Positions 1 through 7,736 of a stretch of 64,000 nt of DNA are shown piece after piece. The position numbers and the translations under genes are program-made. The notes beneath the pieces are model-generated. The model had not been told where the DNA came from. It saw nothing but the letters and a program-made list of their open reading frames with translations, and did not search any database. Origin of the DNA: an uncultured Aquabacterium sp. (GTDB taxonomy: Bacteria > Pseudomonadota > Gammaproteobacteria > Burkholderiales > Burkholderiaceae_C); the NCBI GenBank assembly GCA_964618825.1, contig CAZUCW010000001.1, positions 9,543-73,542 on the forward strand, given 5' to 3'. The first letter of the stretch is position 1, and every line of letters begins with the position of its first letter.

Positions 1-929
1 CCGTAGCGCTCAAGAATGGTGTGGCCGGTGCGCTGGGTGAATTGGGCGAATGCGCCGGGCAGCAGGGGGGCCGAGCCGCTGATGAAGAGCCGCATGTGCT
101 CGCAGGCAGCGTGGGTGAGGCCGGGGTGGGCGAGCAGTCGGCCATACATGGTGGGCACGCCCATGAAAACGGTGGCGTGCGGCAGGTGATGCAGCACGGT
201 TTGAGGATCAAACTTGGCCAGCCACCGCAGCTTGCTGCCCGAGAGCAGGGCGCTGTGGCAGGCCACAAACAGGCCGTGGATGTGGAAGATGGGCAAGGCG
301 TGCAGCAGCACATCGGTGGGCTGCCACGCCCAGTGTTTGATGAGGGTGCGGGCGTTGCTGAGCAGGTTGCCGTGGCTGAGCAGGGCGCCTTTGCTGCGTC
401 CGGTGGTGCCAGATGTATACAAGATGGCGCACAGGCTTGTCGACTCAATGGCCTCGGGGCGGTAGGTGTCGCTGTGGGCGCTGGCGCGCTCGAGCAGGGT
501 GCCGGTGCGGTCGTCGCCAAGGGTGAAGACGTGGCGCACGCTTTGTTGAAAGGCCAGGCGGCTGAGCCAGGTGAAATCGCCAGGCGCACACACGAGCACG
601 GCGGGGCGGGCGTCGCCCAAAAAATAGTCCATCTCGGCCTGCCGGTAAGCAGGGTTGAGCGGCAGGTAGACCATGCCGGCGCGCAGGGTGGCGAGGTAGA
701 GCAGCAGGGCTTCGACGGATTTGTCGGTGTGCGCGGCCACCACCGGGGGCAGGTAGCTGCCGTCGTCGAGGGTGCGTCCGTGCAGATCGAGGCTGGCCAG
801 CAGGTTGGCCAGCATGGCGGTGGCGCGGTCGATGTCTTGCCAGGTGTAGCGCAGGCCGGTGTCGGTTTCGATGGCGGTGCGGGTGCGGTCGGCAGGTGCG
901 GCGGCTTGCAGGGCGGCGAATACGTTCAT
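1..929 (-). CDS. matB: malonyl-CoA synthetase-like AMP-dependent acyl-CoA ligase (3' end outside window)
   Basis: Manual minus-strand translation from ATG at 929: MNVFAALQAA...LYTSGTTGRSKGA...LHALPIFHIHGLFVA...FMGVPTMY...RLFISGSAPL...ILERYG. Not in the ORF track because it runs off the edge. Confidence 0.8.
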   Translation of the reverse strand, partial: MNVFAALQAAAPADRTRTAIETDTGLRYTWQDIDRATAMLANLLASLDLHGRTLDDGSYLPPVVAAHTDKSVEALLLYLATLRAGMVYLPLNPAYRQAEMDYFLGDARPAVLVCAPGDFTWLSRLAFQQSVRHVFTLGDDRTGTLLERASAHSDTYRPEAIESTSLCAILYTSGTTGRSKGALLSHGNLLSNARTLIKHWAWQPTDVLLHALPIFHIHGLFVACHSALLSGSKLRWLAKFDPQTVLHHLPHATVFMGVPTMYGRLLAHPGLTHAACEHMRLFISGSAPLLPGAFAQFTQRTGHTILERY

Positions 930-979
930 GGCAGATCCCGGTGATTTCCAACAGATTTGAAGGGCGGGGGTGGTGCTAT

Positions 980-1006
980 TCAGCAGTTCAGCACGCAGGT
1001 CGATAA
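980..1006 (+). promoter_or_regulatory. possible sigma-28-like promoter (TCAG-N15-GTCGATAA)
   Basis: -10 box identical to the one upstream of flgM with the same 15-nt spacing; -35 matches TAAA at only 2 of 4 positions. Confidence 0.3.
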
Positions 1007-1053
1007 AGAGAATGTACGACGCCCCTTTGTCTTATTTGCTGCATGAAAACCTG

Positions 1054-2475
1054 ATGTTGATGAACGACGCACCGTTGCCTGAACACGCTGGTGGTGCCGG
1101 CGTGGCGCCTGTGCGCCAGCTGGGCTTGCACGGCGTTTTGCAGGCGTCGGATTTTGCCGAGGCGGCCAGTGCGCTGGCCAGCGAGTTGGCCGCTGCGCTG
1201 GGGTGCCGGCGCGTGGCGCTGGGCTGGATGCACGACGACGATATGCGCGTGGTGGGGCTGTCGCACGGGGGGGATGAGGTGTTGCGCGGGGCGCTGCCGG
1301 ATGTGGCCGAGGCGATGTTTGAGGCGGCGCAGCAGCGCGCGAGCGTGTGTGTGCCGGGCGCCTCGAAAGGGCTGCCGCTGATCACGCAGGCGCACCAGTT
1401 GTTGATGCGTCGCCAGGGAGTGGCATCGGTGTTAACGGTGCCGCTGGCGCAACACGGTGAGGTGGTGGGGGCGCTGTTGTGTGAGCGGCTGGATCGGGTT
1501 TTTGAGGCGGCTGATGTGTTGGCGCTTGAGCAGCTGGCCAGTGGCTTGGCGCCGTTGCTGATCCTCAAGCGCGAAATCGAGAGGCCGTGGCACGAGCGGG
1601 TGCAGCGTCGTGCCCAGCGTTTGGTGGCCCGTTGGCGGGATCCCTCAGAGGTGTTTTTGCGCTGGGGGCTGCGTGTGGCAGCCCTGGGGGTGGTGGCCAC
1701 TTTGCTGGTGCCGCTGCCGCATCGTGTGGCCGTGAAAGCGCGGCTCGATGGTGCAGTGCAGCGGGTGATGGGCGCGCCGCAAGATGGTTATTTGCGCGCG
1801 GCGCATGTGCGTCCGGGCGATGTGGTGAAGGCCGGGCAGGTGTTGGCCGAGTTGTCGGATGATGAGCTGCAATTGGCTCGCCGGGCTCGGCAGGCCGAGT
1901 TGGCACAGCATGAAAACGCTTTTGCCGAGGCGTTTGCGCGTGGTGATCGAGCCCAGGCTGGCGCGGCACAGGCCAAGGTGGCCGAGGCGCGGGCGCAGCT
2001 TGAGTTGGCCGATGAGCAGTTGAGCCGCAGCAAGTTGGTGGCGCCGTATGCCGGGGTGGTGATTCAGGGCGATCTCACGCAGATGCTGGGTTCGCCCGTG
2101 AAACGTGCCGATACGTTGTTGGTGATTGCGCCGAGTTTGCAGTTTCGGGTGATGCTCGAGGCGGCCGAATCCGATGTGGGGGCGCTGGCTGCGGGGCAAA
2201 TGGGCCGGGTGCTGTTGCAGGCGTTTCCAAACCGTTCGCTGCCGTTTCGCCTGACGCGGATCACGCCGGTGGCCAAGCTCACCGATGGCACGCTGCGCTA
2301 CGAGATCGAAGCGGCGTTTGTGGCGGGCGATGCCGATGTGGCGGCGGTGGCGCCTCAGTTGCGGCCAGGGCTGCAGGGCGTGGGCAAGATCGATCTGCCG
2401 GCTGAGCCGCTGGCGTGGCGCTGGGCACGCGGGGCGTGGGGCGCGCTGCGTTACGCGGCGTGGGCTTGGCTGTGA
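1054..2475 (+). CDS. GAF domain-containing HlyD/RND-type membrane fusion protein (periplasmic adaptor)
   Basis: N-terminal GAF-like region (SVLTVPLAQHGEVVGALLCER), one TM segment, lipoyl halves (APQDGYL...VRPGDVVKAGQVLAEL and LVAPYAGVV) flanking a coiled coil. Start uncertain (1012/1054/1060). Confidence 0.8.
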   Translation: MLMNDAPLPEHAGGAGVAPVRQLGLHGVLQASDFAEAASALASELAAALGCRRVALGWMHDDDMRVVGLSHGGDEVLRGALPDVAEAMFEAAQQRASVCVPGASKGLPLITQAHQLLMRRQGVASVLTVPLAQHGEVVGALLCERLDRVFEAADVLALEQLASGLAPLLILKREIERPWHERVQRRAQRLVARWRDPSEVFLRWGLRVAALGVVATLLVPLPHRVAVKARLDGAVQRVMGAPQDGYLRAAHVRPGDVVKAGQVLAELSDDELQLARRARQAELAQHENAFAEAFARGDRAQAGAAQAKVAEARAQLELADEQLSRSKLVAPYAGVVIQGDLTQMLGSPVKRADTLLVIAPSLQFRVMLEAAESDVGALAAGQMGRVLLQAFPNRSLPFRLTRITPVAKLTDGTLRYEIEAAFVAGDADVAAVAPQLRPGLQGVGKIDLPAEPLAWRWARGAWGALRYAAWAWL

Positions 2476-2484
2476 GGTGGGGCG

Positions 2485-4695
2485 ATGGATGAATCGCTCT
2501 TTTCGCCGCATTGGTATCGCATCGCCAATCTGCATCCGCAGTTGCGCCCGCATGTGAGCGTGCGGCGCCAGACGCTGCGGGGCCAGCGTTGGTATGTGCT
2601 GCACAACGAAGCGGGGCGGCGGTTTCATCGCGTTAATGAGCGGGCATATGAGTTGATCGGGCGCCTCGATGGGCAGCGCAGTGTGGGCGAGCTCTGGAGC
2701 GTGTTGATCAAGCTGCATGGCGAGAGGGCGCCTTCGCAAAACGAGGTGATCCGCATTCTTGGGCAGCTCACCGAAGCCGGGCTGGTGCAAGCTGAGGTGA
2801 CGCCCGATGTGCGCACGCTGGCTGCACGGCGTGTGCAGGGGCAGCGGCGGCAGCAGCGGGCACGGCTCAATCCTTTGTCGTTCAGGCTGCCGTTGTTTGA
2901 TCCGACGGCGCTGCTCGAGCGCTGCGATGGGCTGGCGCGGATGATGTTTGCGCCTCTGATGGGGTGGTTGTGGCTGGCGCTGGTGCTGCTGGCTGGTGCG
3001 CTGGCGTGGCTGCATGCGGGTGAGCTGGCGCAGCAAGGCAGTGTGATGGCCGATACGCCGCGCAGCCTGTTGTGGGTGTGGGTGGTGTATCCGGTGATGA
3101 AGGCGCTGCACGAGTTGGGCCACGGCTTGGCGCTCAAGCGTTTTGATTGCGAATCGCACGAGGTTGGCGTGAGCTTTATGTTGCTCATGCCGCTGCCGTA
3201 TATCGATGCCACATCATCAAACCGGCTGGCGCAGCGCTGGCGGCGGGCGCTGGTGAGTGCGGCGGGGGTGATGGTTGAGCTGGGGCTGGCCGCGCTGGCC
3301 ACGCTGGTGTGGGTGAACGTTGAAGACAGCTGGGTGCGGGATCTGGCCTTTGCGGTGATGGCGCTGGGCGGTTTGTCGACGCTGCTGTTCAATGGCAACC
3401 CGTTGATGCGTTATGACGGCTACTTTGTGCTCACCGATGTGCTCGATTTGCCCAATCTGGCCGGGCGCAGCGGTGAGTATTGGCAGACGCTGTTGCGGCG
3501 CGTGCTCAGGCGTTTGGTGCTGGCGCCACGTGCCGGCAGCGCTGCGGATAAAAAGGCAGAGGCAGATGCAGGCGATGAAGACGCCGGCGGGGCGCTCGAT
3601 GGCGATGGCTTCGAGCGCACGGCGTGGATGCTGTACAGCCCGTTGTCGTGGATTTACCGGCTGCTGCTGGTGGGGGCTTTGGTGTTGTGGCTGGCCGAAC
3701 ACTCGGCGCTGCTGGGTGTGGCGCTGGCGGTATGGATGAGTTTGAGCCTGGTGATCGAGCCGTTGATCAAGGGTTGGAGCGCTGTTTCGTCTGATCCCGA
3801 ACTGGGCCGTGAGCGTGGCAAAACGCTGGCCGTGAGCGCTGCGCTGGTGTTGGGCGTGGTGGCGCTGGTGGGCTGGGTGCCGTGGCCGAGCGCGGTGCTC
3901 ACACAGGGCGTGGTGTGGCCCACCGAGCAAGCGCAGGTGCGCGCCCTGAGCGATGGCGAAGTGGCCGAGGTGTTGGTGCGCGATGGTGAGACGGTGCGTG
4001 CCGGGCAGGCGCTGCTGAGGCTGCACAGCCCGGCGCTTGAGCGTCGACGTGATGCGGCGCTGGCGCGTGTGCAGCTGGCGCAGGCGCAACGGGCCGCAGC
4101 GTTTATGAGCAACCCACTGGATGCGGGCAATGCGCAAGAGGCTTTGCAGCGCGATCAGGCCGCGCTTGAGCAGGCCCAGGCCGAGGTGGATCACCTGGTT
4201 TTGCGAGCTGGGCGCAATGGTGTATTTGTGTTGCCGCAGCCACAAGATTGGGTTCGGCGGCAGGTGTTGCAGGGCGCAGTGATCGGCTACGTGATCGATG
4301 CGGGCGATGTGCAGGTGCGCGCCGTGCTTGATGAGCACGATGTGGGCGCTGTGCGTGAGCGGCTGCGTGCGGTGTCGGTGAGGCTCGACGAAAACCCAGC
4401 GCAGCGCATCGAAGCGCGCGTGGTGCGTGAGGCGCCCGGCGCCAGCCAGCAGTTGCCCAGCGCAGCGCTGGCCGAACGCAACGGCGGGCCGGTGGCCATT
4501 GATCCGCAAGACGCACAAATGCAGCGCACGTTGGGGCCGATCTACATCGTCGATGTGGCCTTGGCGCAGACGCAATTGCCGCGCCTGAGCGGGCGTGCGC
4601 ACGTGCGCTTTGAGCTGGCGCCGCAAACCCTGTGGCAGCGCTTGAGCTGGCGGCTGCGGCAGGTGTTGTTGCGCCACTTTGCCGACGTTCGCTAA
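2485..4695 (+). CDS. PqqD/RRE-like domain + M50 (site-2) zinc metalloprotease + HlyD-type MFP fusion
   Basis: HELGH zinc motif and LFNGNPLMRYDGY among TM helices; N-terminal ~100 aa beta3-alpha3-like region (LDGQRSVGEL...LTEAGLV); C-terminal lipoyl-like segment (VRDGETVRAGQALL) with coiled coil. Confidence 0.85.
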   Translation: MDESLFSPHWYRIANLHPQLRPHVSVRRQTLRGQRWYVLHNEAGRRFHRVNERAYELIGRLDGQRSVGELWSVLIKLHGERAPSQNEVIRILGQLTEAGLVQAEVTPDVRTLAARRVQGQRRQQRARLNPLSFRLPLFDPTALLERCDGLARMMFAPLMGWLWLALVLLAGALAWLHAGELAQQGSVMADTPRSLLWVWVVYPVMKALHELGHGLALKRFDCESHEVGVSFMLLMPLPYIDATSSNRLAQRWRRALVSAAGVMVELGLAALATLVWVNVEDSWVRDLAFAVMALGGLSTLLFNGNPLMRYDGYFVLTDVLDLPNLAGRSGEYWQTLLRRVLRRLVLAPRAGSAADKKAEADAGDEDAGGALDGDGFERTAWMLYSPLSWIYRLLLVGALVLWLAEHSALLGVALAVWMSLSLVIEPLIKGWSAVSSDPELGRERGKTLAVSAALVLGVVALVGWVPWPSAVLTQGVVWPTEQAQVRALSDGEVAEVLVRDGETVRAGQALLRLHSPALERRRDAALARVQLAQAQRAAAFMSNPLDAGNAQEALQRDQAALEQAQAEVDHLVLRAGRNGVFVLPQPQDWVRRQVLQGAVIGYVIDAGDVQVRAVLDEHDVGAVRERLRAVSVRLDENPAQRIEARVVREAPGASQQLPSAALAERNGGPVAIDPQDAQMQRTLGPIYIVDVALAQTQLPRLSGRAHVRFELAPQTLWQRLSWRLRQVLLRHFADVR

Positions 4696-4742
4696 AACAC
4701 GAACGGCGTTGCCCCATAACGGCTCACGCAAAGGCGCAATCC

Positions 4743-6791
4743 ATGGCTCATGATCCGGCTCACTTCGCGCCCGTTGCTTTGCCAGGCGGTTTGCCGGCGC
4801 ACCGCGTGGTGCCACGGCCCGGCCCGGTGTTTGGCCCGTATCCGTTGCGCAGCGTGCCTGATTTGCCGGCCACGATGCCGGGGGCTTGGCTGCGTGCGCG
4901 GCTACGGGTGCCGGGGCTGCCGCCGTTGGGGGTGCAGCAGCGTTTTTTTGCTCGCTACCAAAGCTGTCTGAACCTGTTGCAGAGCGTGCCGGCCAACGAG
5001 CTGGATCACTGGGGGTTGTGGATCAAAACCCGGCTCTCGATTGAAGGATTTACCAACACACGGGTGGCCGAAGCATTTGCTCTGGTGGCCCTGCAGGTGC
5101 GGCGGCACACAGGGCTGACGCTGCATGACACCCAACTGCTGGCCGCGTGGTGGATGCTGGGCAACCGGCTGGCCGAGATGGCCACGGGCGAAGGCAAAAG
5201 CCTGGCCGTGGTGCTCACGGCGGCTACCGGGGCGATGGCGGGCATTCCCGTGCATGTGCTCACAGCCAACGATTATTTGGCTGAGCGCGATGCGTTGCGG
5301 CTGGCACCGATCTATCGTGATTTGGGCCTGAGCGTGGGCTGCGTGCAGGCTGCGTCGACCCCCAGCGAGCGACGGGCCGCGTATCAATGTGATGTGGTGT
5401 ATGCCACGGCTACCGAGGTGGCGTTTGATCATCTGCGCGATCGATGCAGCCTGGCCGATGCCGGGGTGGGATCGGATGCATTGACGACGCCCATGCCCGG
5501 TGAGGCGGTGCAGCCGGTTTTGCGGGGGCTGTGCATGGCCGTGATCGATGAGGCCGACAGCATCTTGATCGACGATGCGCGCACCCCGCTGATCCTCTCG
5601 AAGACGGGGGACGCGCGGGCTCAGGCCGAACGTTTGCGGCTGGCGTTGTTTTTGGCGCGGCAGTTGCGTGAGGGGCGCGAGTTCACCCTCGCGCAGCGCA
5701 ACGGCGTGATGGGCGAGCCCCGCCTGACCGAAGCCGGGCGGCGTCGGCTCACGCAGTTGTGCGAGCGCATGGATGGTGCCTGGGCGATGCAGCGCTGGCG
5801 TGATGAGCAGGTGGCGTTGGCGCTCTCGGCGCTGTATCGCTTTGAGCGCGATGTGCACTACCTCGTGCGTGATGATGCCGTGCACATCATCGATGGCAAT
5901 ACCGGGCGCGTGGCGATCGGGCGCATGTGGTCGCGCGGCTTGCATCAACTGATCGCGCTCAAAGAAGGGCTCGTGCCCCAACCCGAAAACGAAACCCTCA
6001 CGCAGACGACGTATCAGCGGTTTTTTCCGCGCTACATGCGCTTGTGCGGGCTCAGCGGCACGCTGGCCGAAGCGCGTGCCGAATTGTTGGCGGTGTATGG
6101 CCTGCCGGTGGCGGCGGTGCCGCTGCGCAGCGCCAGCCTGCGGCGCGGACAACCCGTGCGGGTGGTGGGCAGCGCCTCGCAAAAATGGTGCGATGTGGTG
6201 CAGCGCGTGGCGCAACTGCATGCTCAGGGGCGCCCCGTGCTGGTGGGCACCGATTCGGTGGTTGATTCTGAGCGGCTGTCGGCGGCGCTGCGGGCGGCGG
6301 GTTTGCCGCATCAAGTGCTTAATGCGCGTCAGGATGCGCACGAGGCCGAGGTGATTGCTCGCGGCGGCCAGCGCGGCGCGATCACCGTATCCACCCATAT
6401 GGCCGGGCGGGGCACGGATATTCCGCTGGGCGAGGGGGTGAACGCGCTGGGCGGGCTGCATGTGATCAATGCGCACCTGCACAACGCCCGCCGCATCGAT
6501 CGGCAACTGCACGGGCGCTGCGCTCGCCAAGGCCAGTGCGGCAGCTTTGAGCGCATCGTGAGCCTCGAAGATGAAGCGTTTGCGCGTGCATATTCCGCGC
6601 CATTGCTGCGCGCGTTGCGGCCACTCGTGAGTGGGCCCGGCATCATCGGGCGTGTGGCGTCGGGGCTGTGTGTGGGCTGGGCGCAGCGCCGGTTTGAGGC
6701 GCGTGAGCGGCGCGAACGCTGGCTCATGTTGCAGCACGACAACTGGCTGATGCGGGGGCTGGCCTGGGCTGGCGGGCACCCCTGGGGTTGA
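4743..6791 (+). CDS. short SecA paralog (SecA DEAD-like ATPase, C-terminally truncated)
   Basis: EMATGEGKS, HVLTANDYLAERDA, IDEADSILIDDARTPLI, GLHQLIALKEG, GRPVLVGT, HQVLNAR, MAGRGTDI, RRIDRQLHGRCARQG. About 680 aa. Start chosen at ATG 4743. Confidence 0.9.
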   Translation: MAHDPAHFAPVALPGGLPAHRVVPRPGPVFGPYPLRSVPDLPATMPGAWLRARLRVPGLPPLGVQQRFFARYQSCLNLLQSVPANELDHWGLWIKTRLSIEGFTNTRVAEAFALVALQVRRHTGLTLHDTQLLAAWWMLGNRLAEMATGEGKSLAVVLTAATGAMAGIPVHVLTANDYLAERDALRLAPIYRDLGLSVGCVQAASTPSERRAAYQCDVVYATATEVAFDHLRDRCSLADAGVGSDALTTPMPGEAVQPVLRGLCMAVIDEADSILIDDARTPLILSKTGDARAQAERLRLALFLARQLREGREFTLAQRNGVMGEPRLTEAGRRRLTQLCERMDGAWAMQRWRDEQVALALSALYRFERDVHYLVRDDAVHIIDGNTGRVAIGRMWSRGLHQLIALKEGLVPQPENETLTQTTYQRFFPRYMRLCGLSGTLAEARAELLAVYGLPVAAVPLRSASLRRGQPVRVVGSASQKWCDVVQRVAQLHAQGRPVLVGTDSVVDSERLSAALRAAGLPHQVLNARQDAHEAEVIARGGQRGAITVSTHMAGRGTDIPLGEGVNALGGLHVINAHLHNARRIDRQLHGRCARQGQCGSFERIVSLEDEAFARAYSAPLLRALRPLVSGPGIIGRVASGLCVGWAQRRFEARERRERWLMLQHDNWLMRGLAWAGGHPWG

Positions 6792-6895
6792 TTAAGGCTC
6801 GAACTGCCGGCCACAAGGGGCGTTATTCGCAGCCAAGGGCCAGGGCGTGATCGGCGAGCATCGATGCTGACTTTGTGTGTTTTCAGGAGAAGTCT

Positions 6896-7736
6896 GTGAT
6901 CGACGCACGTTTGCTGGTTTTGGGGACGCTCGGCACATGGTGGGCCATGGCCGCGAGCGCCTGGGCCGAGCCGCTGGGGTGCCTGATCGAAGCGGATCGG
7001 GTGGCCGATGTGGGCACGCAATCCATCGGGGTGATCGCACGGCTCGATGTTGAGCGCGGCGACACCGTGGCCAAAGGGCAGTTGCTGGCCCGCATGAGTG
7101 CCCAGGTTGAGCAGGCCTCTGTGGCCGTGGCCGAAACGCGTGCGCGCGCTGATGCCGAGCTCAAGGCGGCCATGGCCGCAGCCGATCTGGCACAGAGCAA
7201 ATTGGCGCGCGCGCGATTTGCTCAAGCAAGAGTTTGTGTCGCCGCTGGCGGTTGAGCAGGCCGACTCTGAGGCGCGTGTGGCCGCGCAGCGCGTGGTGCA
7301 AGCGCGTGAGGCCCGGCTGGTGGCCGAGCGCGAGTTGGTGCTCTCTAACGCGCAGCTGGGGCAGCGCGACATCCGCAGCCCCTTTGATGGCATCGTGGTT
7401 GAGCGCTATCGCACCGAGGGCGAGCGTGTTGAGCGCGAGCCCATCGTGCGCGTAGCCAAGATCGATCCGTTGCGCGTCGAAGTGCTGGTGCCAGCGGTGC
7501 ACTTTGGCAAGATCGCCGTAGGCCAGGCAGCCACGGTGCGGCCCGATTTGCAGCAGATCACCCCGATGCTGGCCAAAGTGGCGTTGGTCGATCGCGTGAT
7601 CGATCCGGCATCGAACAGTTTTCGGGTGAGGCTGTCAGTGCCCAACCCAGGTAACACCGTGCCTGCTGGCTTGCGCTGCAAAGTGGATTTTGCTGCGGCA
7701 GCTGCCGCCGCGCCCGCATCCGTTCGCACCCCATGA
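6896..7736 (+). pseudogene. RND-type periplasmic adaptor (MFP) with signal peptide, split by a frameshift at ~7205-7215
   Basis: AGGAG RBS then GTG 6896; signal-like N-terminus; VERGDTVAKGQLL in one frame continues as DLLKQEFVS...IRSPFDGIV...DRVIDPASNSFRVR in another. Adding 2 nt to the GC run restores LARARDLL. Confidence 0.8.

Noticed and set aside
21-944. 307-aa plus-strand ORF
   Set aside because: Antisense shadow of the matB-like gene, whose motifs are on the minus strand.
1645-6779. Long minus-strand ORFs (504, 532 and 625 aa)
   Set aside because: Shadows of motif-bearing plus-strand genes, typical of high-GC DNA; no recognisable domains.
4743-6791. Housekeeping secA or Gram-positive-type SecA2/SecY2 system
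   Set aside because: Too short, lacks the C-terminal domains, and has no secY2/asp/gtf genes or usual secA context.
2485-6895. RiPP cluster interpretation of the RRE-M50 gene
   Set aside because: No small precursor ORF or modifying enzyme is visible; intergenic gaps are ~104 nt or less.
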